64,000 nt of DNA from Antedon mediterranea. Its lineage: Eukaryota; Animalia; Echinodermata. The stretch spans positions 22,771,365 to 22,835,364 of the forward strand of contig NC_092678.1 in assembly GCF_964355755.1 (NCBI RefSeq), read 5' to 3'. The position numbers and the translations under genes were made by a program. Positions within the stretch are counted from its first letter, which is position 1. Each line of letters opens with the position of its first letter. The notes below the pieces were generated by a model. That model had not been told where the DNA came from. It saw nothing but the letters and a program-made list of their open reading frames with translations, and did not search any database. Below, one piece after another: positions 50,819-63,317 of the stretch.

Positions 50819-53122
50819 TGATTAGTGGTAAACTTTTGCAGAGCTATGACGTCATACATCCACTCGTCAAATAGCGAACGCGCCAAATACCACTTCGTGA
50901 ACATGCCAGTCGCAGCGCATAGCATGGAATATCATAAAAATGACGTCGTAGTGTAGCAGTCGTCACAGTGGACGTGCAAAAAAAAATTTCATGAGGAACG
51001 TTGAAAAGACAATAAAAAGAAGTATACAATTACTATCCGTATCGTATGTTTATCTAACACAAGTATGACATTTTTGTGAATATTTCTTAAATAAAATTGT
51101 TTGTTAAAACCATGTTTGTTTGTATGTGATCACAACAATTAAGAATGTGTATTTATAATGTGGGTTCAAGAGAGGACATTTTTCTGATTAAAAAAAGATA
51201 TCCTTGTTAATATGAGACTCACTACAACAATGACTACAATATAATTACATTCAAATCACTAAATGGGAGAAAATCTTATTTTAGTGTGACTTTTAATTTT
51301 ATTTTGAAATTTATTTCAAAACATTATTACCCTTAAATTTTCAACTTTACTGAACATTTTAGCAGTATTGCAAAAAACCTGTTATTTACAACAACTGTGA
51401 ACTACTCCACCCTATAATGTATATGTATTTACTATTTATTTATCTCAATTTATTCAATAACACTAAACTGTTCTTTCCATCAAATGTAGTCACTTGATGA
51501 CATTATTTTGCTGTATATTAATTACAGAATTAATTATAGAATCTTCATTTCAAGCTCTAGTTATATCATCTCATTAACAGAATAAATAGTTGAAAATAAA
51601 AATTTGATATTTTGTTGCTTAGTTTTCTGTACACATTATGCTTGGAATGAATCATTAAATTTGTTTTATGCATTTCAATTAACTGGTACTGGTTCAGGTA
51701 ACCGTCTACAAGATACATTCTGGTAGCTATTGACATAAAGTTGTTGATTGAATTTCTTCTTATAAACTAGTATCGCAGATTTTCATTTACAAAACTACAT
51801 TTGAGGTTATACAGACGTTTAATATAATGCCTATATGCCTTTACTTCGCCTCATCACAGATATTTCCCAATTTTGAAGTGTTTATTTTCAGAAGAATACG
51901 ACACATGTCAGTTTGTGTTGAGAATAAACGATTTTATTTTCCAAATTGTACAAGTTCTGATTAATTATGAAAATTTAAAAAAATATCTGAAATATACTGT
52001 CACCGTTTACATTTAAGAATTTAATTTGGGAAAACGTTGAATGCGGTAAAGCAACACAATGTATGTCAAAATAGTTTTGTCGTCTAAAGTGAATGTGCTG
52101 CCACCTATATTGTTGTGTTCACGCTTGAGTAAGCTCATTTGCATTCTTTCTTCACCAGATGTATTTTATGTTTATGGCGTTCCAGCCCACGTGTCTGAAA
52201 TGTGTTTACTATTGCTACGTTGTGCGGAAGTTGTTTAAAGAAATCTAGGCCGAACATTTGTCATGCCAGGACTCAAGGAGTGACTACGGGGTAAGCTTGC
52301 ATTAACTTATATTCCTTTTAATGTAGAATTATTAGGCCTAGCCACATTTTATTTATTACAGTACAATACAGTTAGCTTTAATGATACGCGTACGAGTAAA
52401 GTACAGTAGGGTCTGTCAATACTGTACGCATTCTTATAGTGTTCTTCCTTGTAGTCGGTAATGCGTGTAACATGAATATTCATATCACTACCTTATTGAA
52501 TATGCATGATTTCCGCATTTGCATACATACGGGAAAACATTGCGTAATGGACAGATATAAAGACCATTGACCAAGTTTAATAACAATAAACACAATTGTA
52601 CAATAAATCGAATCAAATTTAATTTAATCAAGTTATATTATACCCACAAAAAGAGAAAATACACACTCATAAAACGAATTTATAATTTAAAACGATTATA
52701 AAAACTAATAAAATGTATCCTCCGTTTATATAATCGATATTATAAATTAAAATATAAAAATATTGAGGCCCGATAACGATCGACGATAAATAGATAAATA
52801 TAGATTTGTCTTACATAAAACAAAATAGATTCAAAAGTTATCCTATACTTCTAGGATAAACAATAGGCCAATATCAATAATAATAAATAACAATAGTACT
52901 TTTACATACCCTGTATTTAAAATAGATACAAAACAACAACAATTAGTAATGAACAACAGTAAGATTGTCTCCTGATACTTTACTTTAAAAAATACCATAA
53001 ATAATAGATAGGATCATTGAATATCCATCGATATTCAAGGTAGTATTTAAACGGAGTAAGCGACATTTTGATTCAATATACGAAACGCAAATACCGTAAT
53101 ATGTTATTTGAATAAATCTAGC

Positions 53123-56100
53123 TTAATTAGTTATGACTAAAGGTACAAAACATAAGAAAATATAATGGTTAAAATTAATAATAGAAAAAGTGAAATATAT
53201 CCTCATAAGAATAGAAGAATATAAGAAGATGTAGCTATAATTATTAAATATATTAAAACTAACTTTATACAAAATATTTAAAAGACGAAATAAATGCGCT
53301 TTAAATATAGTTTTACATTTAGTTTCTATATACCAACTGTAATAGTTCAACTCTTCTATTTCTAATGTTTTGTGATTTTCTTCAATTACTAAAACAAATG
53401 TTGGGATTAATGATGTACTGTAAATATTCGTAATGTCATTTCCATTGACAGATATCAGGTCACTTTTGATCATTATATGATTTTTATAACATTCACTTAG
53501 CATTTCATTTACAATAGTACCTGTTAAATTACAATTATACATAGAAAGATGTGTTAAGTTTGGAAATATAATCAATATAATAGCTAGTGTACTTCCGTTG
53601 ATTGATGATAGGTCAATGCCATCCAAAATAAGATTATTCCATCTAAATCTATAACGAGTAGGTGATATTAAAAGATCGTGTAATTGTTTCGCTGACATAT
53701 AATACCTGTCCCAAGTATCATACAGTTTGTATAATGTCTAATTTTTTCTTTACTTCGGTATCAATATATGAAAGATCAATTCCTTCTAAATTGATAAAAA
53801 TGTCTGATGATGTTAGATAGTTTATATCTAGTTCATTAAACATGTCACCTATTTGTTTGCTTGATAATTGAGAATTCGCCACAATGAAAGTTTCTAAATC
53901 TTTGGAAGTGTTTAATATACGACCTAATAGAGATCCATTGATAAACTCCGGATATTTGGTCTGAGACTAAAACTCTTCAATTTAACAAAAGCTTTACTAT
54001 GTTCACATCCTTCTAACATTGTGTTAATATGTGAACCACTTATATTATATTCCATATAACGTATGTGGAGCTCTTTTAAATTTGGAAAGTTTTGAATTAA
54101 TTTGCAAATCTGTGAGTCAATTGTAGTGTTATATTCGAAGGAATCAATAGTCCACCAAAAATTATGTACTTCCTCACCAAAACGATATTTTTTCCATTCG
54201 TCTGAGAGGATTTTAAGAGCTTTATCACCCCATTTATGAAGTAATTGTATCATACACCTACTGTTTCGACTTTGATCCAGATATCGTAAAAAGATTTCAA
54301 TGTGTGCTACTAACCTACCTACTTTACCAGATGACTCAATGTTTGATTCTTCTATGATTGATAATATAGTTTTAAATATTACCCGCTTGTTTGTAAAATC
54401 TGCAAACAATTTTATTTGTTGGAATAAGTGCAAATCTTTTTCATATAGCAACTTAAAAGAATTTTTAAAATTGTCAACATGCATTTTCATTTCTGATGAC
54501 ATATGTTTATCCAATGACTTCACTACATTTTGTTCGTGCTCTTGATTTACATATTTAAAATATTTTGAAAGCGAGTAATAATTTGAGGCCCTGTTTACCA
54601 ACCAGTGTCTCATCAATTTGTCTGCATCGAGACCTAGAAAACTAATGGTGAAAACTCTTACCATATGTAAATACGCGTTCGTCCTAAATTTCTCACATTC
54701 CTCAGAATCCAAAGTATCAATTTTGGTAAACAAGTAAAACCCGGCTAATGCTTCTGACAATAACGTGTGTTGATATCGATAGGTGTCCACATAATTATCC
54801 TGTACGATAGGATCTTCTTTGTAAACAAACCCAAAGTTTAGCAATAAGTCTACTAAAGTTTTATTTTTTGTAAGCTTATTTAATTCTGTTTCAGGAAAAG
54901 ATACTAAATTATTCTGTAAACTATTGTAACTAATGTTTCCTAATATTAGAATTGCATTTTTATACTCACTCGGAATTTTGTCGAAGTCTGTTACTGCGTT
55001 TGTAGTATCAGATCTGCCGCTGTATTGATTTATAAAGAAACGAAATATTTCTTTAAACAAATTTTGAAAATTATCTAGGTTTAGTTCTTTGTGTTGCCAC
55101 ATACTACACACTTTAAGCAACAAAAATGGTGATGAAAATAGTTCTAATATATATTTGTCATCACCACCCCAAAGATCTCTAGAATCAGAATCAAGTTTAA
55201 ACTTCTCAATTAATTTCTGACCCAGTTCTGGCTTTTCAATAGATTGGAAATATCTGTTAATATAGGGCTTTATGTTTTCTACATCGAATCCTTCCACTTT
55301 TACATGTACGCCATAATATTTATGTAAATGTTCAGTAAATCCCGGTCGTGAAGAAAGAATAACTGTACTGTTTTCCAATTCTTCTCTTTTTAATATCATT
55401 GGAATATCTACCCCAGATGTTAACTCATCTAATCCATCTATCAGAATAACTAATTCTTTGTCGTGATCTTCTATAAACGTTTTTATAATTGTTTGATTGA
55501 TATGGAGACCTATTCTACGAAAATGTATTAGTTTAACTTTATTAACTATTGTATCTGTGATAGTTTGACCTGGTTTGATGTCTCTGAGGTTTATGAAAAA
55601 TAATATTTTACCAGCAAACGTCATGTCAGAATTTTTCGCCCAGTTATAAGATATATATTGAAGTAATGTTGTCTTACCAATTCCCCCATTTCCAGTAATC
55701 AATACCTTACATGATTCTCTGGACTTTATAATACCCAGTAATTCTTGTACAGATGTGTTCTTTTCTTTATTCTCTACAGTAGTGTATAGTACTGGATAGG
55801 TAAACATCTGGGAAATATTATAAGTTTCAAAATGTGTTCTCCATATCGGTGGCCTTATCATTTCGTTCTTTAACGTTTCTTTCTGTTGTGCTGTTAAAAA
55901 TTTTCGAATAGTCTTATCTGAAAACACACAAAAAGAGAATATTATCTGTTGAAACACATATTAAATCTGAACGTGGAAAATAGTGAGCTTTATTGAAATC
56001 ATAGTTACAAATACATACCTTCATCACTTTCTGTTAATTGTGTATCCGAAACTTGGCTTAAGAAACTGTTGAGTACGATGCCAATGATGATGATCAGCAG

Positions 56101-56866
56101 TACTACTAATAAAATTATGATTTTTTTTTAATTGAAAAAAACAATATAAATGTAGACAATATCCACAACTCAAAAGTTTAACAATATTAACATCATTAGA
56201 ATATATACAAATACAAAGAATAATAAATAAAAATGTTAAAATCTAAATATAATTTCAATAAACTGTAAATATTCCAAACCATAATCTTTGTCACAACCAA
56301 AATACTGTATAATCAATTCTTTCTTCATTATGATTATAAACAGGAATAATACTCAAATATTGTTAAATAAGTTAATAAAAACATAATATTTAGTAGGTGC
56401 TAATTCAAAATATTGGCTAATATTGTCTATGACACTGAAAAATAATTTTTTTTTATGTTACTTGTGTCCCAAAATGCCTTATATACTGGCCTTGATCAGA
56501 CTGAGTTCGTAAGCAATGCAGAAAGCATGACATTAATTTATTTACCTCTTTTATTGAATACCGGTGCTTGTGCCGGTGCTTGTGCCGGTGCTTGTGCCGG
56601 TACTTGTGCCGGTGCTTGTGCCGGTGCTTGTGCCGGTGCTTGTGCCGGTGCTTGTGCCGGTGCTTGTGCCGGTGCTTGTGCCGGTGCTTGTGCCGGTGCT
56701 TGTGCCGGTGCTTGTGCCGGTGCTTGTGCCGGTGCTTGTGCCGGTGCTTGTGCCGGTGCTTGTGCCGGTGCTTGTGCCGGTGCTTGTGCCGGTGCTTGTG
56801 CCGGTGCTTGTGCCGGTGCTTGTGCCGGTGCTTGTCCCGGTGCTTGTCCCGGTACTTGATCTGCTG
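53123..56866 (-). pseudogene. NLR-like locus F: (QAPA)n linker - TM - NACHT - LRR, frameshifted in the LRR
   Basis: Exons 56546-56866 ((APAQ)n...FNKR), a possible 24-nt exon near 56462-56485, 56019-56105 (VLLIIIIGIVLNSFL) and 53123-55917. There is a 1-nt deletion near 53960 relative to gene B and a second shift near 53725. No DED exon found upstream. Confidence 0.75.
56561..56858. repeat. Coding 12-bp VNTR (tgtgccggtgct)n, ~25 copies
   Basis: Near-perfect tandem array inside a GT-AG-bounded exon of locus F. Confidence 0.9.
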
Positions 56867-57942
56867 CTGAAGTATGTATTCATATGTATTAGTATAAACA
56901 AAACATCTCCGTGACATATTGACATTTTAAGTTAAATAAAAGGATGCGACACCTCCTGTCGTATATCCTTTATCGCCTATAAAGATAAACACACAAACAT
57001 TGCTGTATGTTTACCGTACCACTCTACAGTTGAGTAATTTTTGTATATTTATACATGGGTGATCGAGTAACCTTTTCAACATTGTATAGGCCCTGCTTAG
57101 GTGATGGTCTTTTACTTAAATGTCAATAACTCATTTTCAATGAGGCCCATTCACATTCAATCGTTATCGTCTTAGTGTAAATGGGCCTTAAACAAACATA
57201 CTTATACTTCGGCACTAGAAACAGCGCCGGTAGCCTACACAAACTATAGTTTGAAAATGATGGACAATGATACAGCATCACGTTTTTTTAAAAATTGTAA
57301 TTAAAAATAAAAGCCTATAACACCTCTCTTCTGCTTGCACGATTTTCAATAAATATATAAACAAAACCATCCAATAATGTAAAACAAGATTGTTTAAATA
57401 TTGAAAATCGAAAACAAAATAACTAACTAAATATATTGGCGATGAAGAGACGATTATTTAACGTTACCGTGATTAGGTTACTTCACACCATCCCAACATA
57501 ATTCGAGTTAATTTATTCCTAGCATCTTTAATTAATTTATTTATGTTTTTTAAAGAAACATTTGTTAGTGTTGTTCAATATCCATACACTATTTAGGCCT
57601 ATATGGTTTGAGTGATATTGTGTGTCTTGACAAATGCGTAACTTAAACTGCCTGCGTGTCCCAGTACTTGATCCGCTGCTGAAGTATGTAGGCCTATTCA
57701 TATGTATTAGTATAAACAAAACATCTCCGTGACATATTGACATTTTAAGTTAAATAAAAGGATGCGACACCTCCTGTCGTATATCCTGTACCGGTACCGG
57801 CGCTGGTTCTAGTGCCGAAGTATAAGTTTGTTTAAGGCCCATTTACACTAGGACGATAACGATTGAATGTGAATGGGCCTTTAAACTTTGCAAATGAGTT
57901 ATTGACATTTAAGTAAAAGACAAGTTAAAGACCATCATAAAT

Positions 57943-58388
57943 AGGGAGTTTTCGCAATCTTACGAATACGATAACAAAAACGCACACGTATTCGTTTTTC
58001 GTAAGCCAGTTAAAATCTGTTTCACATGGCAACGAAATATTGAGGGCGCCGTCCAAAATATGACTGGTAAATTTGAGCGAAGCGCTGGTACGTGTCGCTT
58101 GGTGCTTGGCTGCCTAAGCCTAGCGTAACATCAAAGCGAGTGAGGACTTTAAAAACTGCTATTTATCAAAATTGACCTGGCATTTTAGTAAATTACTTTA
58201 TTCAAATGCAAAATGTGCAAAATAGATCAAAAACTATACTCGTTTTGTAGTTACGAATATGACTGGTGATATTCGTCAACACGCACACGCTTTACGAATA
58301 TGAAATGGGGATCAGCTCAAAAGTTTCACAAATGTGTGACGTATCCGCCGTTTTCGTTATCGTATTCGTAAGGTTGCAAAAACTCCCT
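57943..58388. mobile_element. MITE with ~35-bp TIRs (PIF/Harbinger-like)
   Basis: agggagttttcgcaatcttacgaatacgataac ... gttatcgtattcgtaaggttgcaaaaactccct, flanked by aat on both sides. Absent from the adjacent duplicate unit. Confidence 0.75.
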
Positions 58389-59369
58389 AATATACAAAAA
58401 TTACTCAACTGTAGAGTGGTACGGTAAACATTACAGCAATGTTTGTGTGTTTATCTTTATAGGCCTACACAAACTATAGTTTAAAAAAAATAATGGACAA
58501 TGATACAGCATCACATTTAAAAAAAATTATAATTATAAATAAAAGCCTATAACACCTCTTCTGCTTGCACGATTTTCAATAAATATATAAACAAAACCAT
58601 CCCATAATGTAAAACAAGATTGTTTAAATATTGAAAATCGAAAACAAAATAAAATACGATATGTACTAAATATATTGGCCATGAAAAGACGATTATTTAA
58701 CGTGACCGTGATTAGATTACTTCCTGTACACACCATACCAACAGAATTCGAGTTCATTTATTCCTAGCATCTTTAATGTGTTTATTTATGTTTTTTAAAG
58801 AAACATTGTTCGTTTTTTTCAATATCCATACATTATTTATATAGTTTATTCGATGTTGTGTGTCTTGACAAAAAGGGTGACTTAAGCCGCCTGTGCGGTA
58901 CTTATTAACGTGGCCCTTCTGTATTTGTTACGTGTAGTTAATATTATAGTTGTAATTCCTCATATTGATACTTTATAATCATAATCATAAGATGTTATCA
59001 CATAAAAAAACGAAAAAAGGGGAATGCATTAAACATTCTTTGGCATTCCATAGATACAGTTAAAAATAATCTGAATTATTAGTTTAGTGACTACCATACA
59101 CAACATCCGTATCAACTGATTGCCAGCGGAGCTAGACATCTGGTAATATTTGTATAGATAAATCTACACTTTCGAGGCAAAATAAACGGGATAAGACGGG
59201 ATAAATCGTAACATTATTATTATAATAGGTTAAATCAATATTAATATAAATTATCCACTGTAATTATGATGATGCAAACTGTCTAGCGCCCCCTATATTG
59301 TCCTAATTTATGCCATAATTAATCTCAATAATTATTCATGATTTCTGCCTTAACTTGATAGGAGTAAAA

Positions 59370-60549
59370 ACAAGGCCAACAGCCATTAAGTCGCGTGCTA
59401 CAATGCATAGTGATACCGGACCGACAGACAGACCGACAGACAGACCGACCGACCGACATAGTGAACTATACTGACCGAAATTACTAAACATGTTTAAAAA
59501 TGTTGAAATGTTTAAAAACATTTATATTTTTAGTCGCGTGGAAGCGACTCTATAGTTCACTATGTCGGTCGGTCTGTCTGTCTGTCTGTCTGTCGGTCTG
59601 TCTGTCGGTCTGTCTGTCGGTCTGTCTGTCGGTCTGTCTGTCGGTCTGTCTGTCGGTCTGTCTGTCTGTCTGTCTGTCGGTCCGGTATCACTATGCGTTT
59701 TATCGCTTTATGACCTTATCTTGATATCAGTTTAATCTAGCTAAGTCAATTTTTCACAGAATATTCCTTATGGCCAGGAATCGATGTGGTTATGTTTTCA
59801 CGGTGCGCAATAAAAAATTACGCGGTCTACGCACGATTTAACGAAATCACGTTTGTAATCATATCTTAACAACCATGAATCACAATTAAATAAAATTTGG
59901 TACTCATAAATTTCAGGGCATAAATCATCATATGGCAATACAATTACGTGCGTAGCGCATGTAACGCATGCGTAAGCGCGCTTAAAATTTTCAAAATTTA
60001 TTTTCGATGAAATAAGAGTACGTTTCAGGCAATTTTAAGCGTTTACAAAATTGCCATGAGTGCGCAGATTTTTGCGCGCGCACTGCGCGTTAAATGTTAT
60101 TGCGCACTCTTCTTGCCCGATTTCTGTTTTCTTGACTTACTTTTCAACTCGAAATTACGTTATACAAGCACGTCAAAAGTGACAGGCCACGCACGTGTAA
60201 ATTAAAAAAATATAAATGTTTTTAAACATTTCAACATTTTTAAACATGTTCAGTAATTTCGGTCAGTATACTACTTATTACAAAAATGAATTTGAAAAGC
60301 ACAAGAGTAATATAAAGAAAACATGGGGTGTCATAAACTCATTATTAGGTAGGATGAAACATCAAGAAAACATAACCACATCGATTCCTGGCCATAGGAA
60401 TATACTGTGAAAAATTGACCTAGCTAGATTAAACTGATATCAAGATAAGGTCAGAAAGCGATAAAACGCATAGTGATACCGGACCGACAGACCGACAGAC
60501 CGACCGACCGACCGACATAGTGAACTATAGAGTCGCTTCCACGCGACTA
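59370..60549. mobile_element. Nested HINE complex: inverted 3' end, forward copy, LINE fragment, inverted 5' end
   Basis: 59370-59528 is the reverse 3' end. 59531-60270 is a forward copy. 60271-60372 is a LINE ORF2-like piece (YYKNEFEKHKSNIKKTWGVINSLLG). 60373-60549 is the reverse 5' end. Confidence 0.8.
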
Positions 60550-60908
60550 AAAATGTGTAGTGGCACTATTTTTAGAACCGTATAAAGTGCATATATAACA
60601 GTCTACTATGCCTAGTTGTAAATAAGTATTAAATCCTAAGAAGCGTTAGACTTCATCTATTTTGTATTACAGTATTACTCTTACTATTATTATACCTATC
60701 AGTCTAATATAACAGAAATTTTAAAATGTTTAATGGAAGTAGGGCCTAATGCTTACGGGTTGTTTTATAGCGTATGTTTAATAGGCCCTACTTTGTTAGT
60801 AAGACAGTCCGCCACCATATTCGTCTTTCGTCATTTTGTACCGTCTCTATCTATATATCTCAAGCAGTTTTATAGATCGATAAATAATAACAATGTAATG
60901 TATGATAC

Positions 60909-62664
60909 CGTATCCGGATATTCACCCCCTGGACATTTACCCCCCGGACAACTACCCCTCGGACAACCACCACCTGGACCACTACCCCCTTAGGACAACT
61001 ACCTCTTTAGGACAACTACCCCTTTAGGACAACTACCCCCGGACAAATACCCCCCGGACAACTACCCCCTTAGGACAACTACCCCCTTAGGACAACTACC
61101 CCCCGGACAACTACCCCCCGGACAATTACCCCCTAGGAACAATTACCCCCCGGACAATTACCCCCGGACAATTACCACCCAGAAAACTATCCCTTTAGAA
61201 CACCCTAACCACTCAGACCATTCAACAACCTGACTCTGCAACAGTGTATAATAGGAATTAATAACTATATTTTAATTCGTTACTTTGACGAATTACTATT
61301 CATTATTGTAAACAAAAGTAAAAGATTGAACATAAATATAGCCTAGTATAAACTGAAGATTGTCACACATGATCATAGGATAGTCGAACGTATTATATAG
61401 TACTCCCTGTATTTACTGTAAAGACTGGGTTCGCTAATAATAATAATAATTTTTGCGTCAGGACAATGCTTCGATAACCACTGGTCTTAAAAGAATTAAT
61501 TTTTGTCTCAAATTTGTCATATATGTATTTTTGTACACTTGAAGAATAATATCACTTTTGATATTTGACCTCAATGTTCACTCACCGAATAAACGTCGAT
61601 CTTTAAATAAATTCCCCTCAAATAAACGGTGACCATGTCACTCCCATGAAACATCATATGGAATAATCGGCGTCTATTTCCATTAGATTATACCCCCTCC
61701 CATTGAATAAACAACTTTCTTCCAATAAATGTCCACCTAAAAACGACCTAAACAATAAACAGCCCAGGCCGTTTTTTCAATAAATACGGTACTTTAAATC
61801 TAGCACATCTAGGGTCTTCTTGCGTGCTGTTAAACAGAATAATCGGTTAAAAACGGGTGTTTCGAAACTAGAGACCCGAGACCAGAGACCCAATACGAAA
61901 AGGGAGACCTAAATATACGAAAAGGGAGTCCCACGTACGAAAAGGGAGACCCCACTATACGAAAAGGGAGACCCCACTATACGAAAAGGGAGACCCTAAT
62001 ATACGAAAAGGGAGACCTAAATATACGAAAAGGGAGACCCAGTTATACGAAAGGGAGACCCAGTTATACGAAAGGGAGACCCAAATATACAAAATGGGAG
62101 ACCCAAATATACGAAAAGGGAGACCATAGGTCTCCCTTTTCGTATTGGGTCTCGTGTCAGGTCTCTGGTCTCGGGTCTCTCTAGTTTCGAAACAACCGTT
62201 AAAAACAGATGATTTCATTTTTACAGAAACCGGTCCTATATATTTGTCTACTTTTGGATGGGGGAGGGGGTTAGTTGACCGGGGGGTAGTTGACCGGGGG
62301 GTAGTTGACCGGGGGGTAGTTGACCCGGGGGTAGTTGACCCGGGGGTAGTTATCCTAAGGGGGTAGTTGTCCTAAGGGGGTGGTTGTCCTAAGGGGGTGG
62401 TTGTCCGGAGGGTAGTTGTCCGGGGGGTTGTTATCCTAAGGGGGTAGTTGTCCTAAGGGGGTAGTTGTCCGGGGGGTAGTTTTCCGGGGGGGTAGTTGTC
62501 CGGGGGGTAGTTGTCCGGGGCGTAGTTGTCCGGGGGGTAGTTGTCCGGGGGGTAGTTGTCCTAAGGGGGTAGTTGTCCTAAGGGGGTAGTTGTCCTAAGG
62601 GGGTAGTTGTCCGGGTGGTAAACATCCGGGGGGTAACTGTCTAGGGGGTAGGTGTCCTAGAACC
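60909..62664. mobile_element. Foldback/MULE-like element with long repeat-built inverted arms
   Basis: Left arm (ggacaactacccc)n at 60920-61200, right arm (ggggtagttgtcc)n at 62270-62660. 9-bp TSD gtatgatac at 60900-60908 and 62665-62673. Confidence 0.8.
61855..62197. mobile_element. MULE-like MITE nested in the foldback element
   Basis: TIR gg(g/t)tgtttcgaaactagag...gagaccagagacc. 9-bp TSD gttaaaaac. Internal ~21-22-bp tandem repeat tatacgaaaagggagacc. Confidence 0.82.
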
Positions 62665-63317
62665 GTATGATACATGAGTAACAGCGTCATAATATAATGT
62701 AGTTTAATAGTTATGTTAACGTAGGCCTACAAATATTATAATAATTATTTTAATTTAATATGCCGATTTTGTTAGGAAATGTGCAGATTTAGTGATATTC
62801 TATTCCATTCTTATTGGTTTGAACTTATTTCTTCCATTTTCCAATGAACCATAGCGCTAGGAATTCATTGTGTTTAGTAACACAACGAGACCCTTCACAA
62901 TTATTTTATTTGCTCTGCATTGAGTAGGCCTATTGATATTGCAGATTAAATAACGTTAGGTGAACTAAATAAATTGAAAGGATTGTTATGGTACAGTAAG
63001 TCCATTTGTCGTTTATCAAAGATGATGGAGTGGTTATGACCATTGGATTTATTTTGTAATGGTTTGCGCCACCTACAGTTCAATATCATCATTACATTAT
63101 ATGATAATGAATGTTGCATGAGTAGCTCACGTTGTATTGTGTCTCATACATCTATCTTACAGTATTTGTAGTTACATAATATTTGAATGTTCAATCTCAG
63201 AAAATAGAATCTCATCAAACCCTTTTCCCTCTCTTGCACCCGTGCACCCCAATGTTTGGTATTCACTGGATTTGCTAATGATTTCTGTCTAGTATTACTA
63301 GTAAATACAATTAAAAC

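Larger units (their letters stand above)
44810..51040. repeat. Paralogous block of the gene A 5' region (~6800-10800)
   Basis: Shared introns, DED exon, putative 5' UTR exon and promoter, and the 25-bp minisatellite; interrupted by the 47190-50131 LINE. A further intron paralog lies at 63020-63285. Confidence 0.88.

Noticed and set aside
56453-56925. (HRHK)n, (GTST)n, (ACAG)n, (VPVL)n and (CRCL)n ORFs as proteins
   Set aside because: These are alternative frames of one 12-bp repeat; the splice sites select the (QAPA)n frame.
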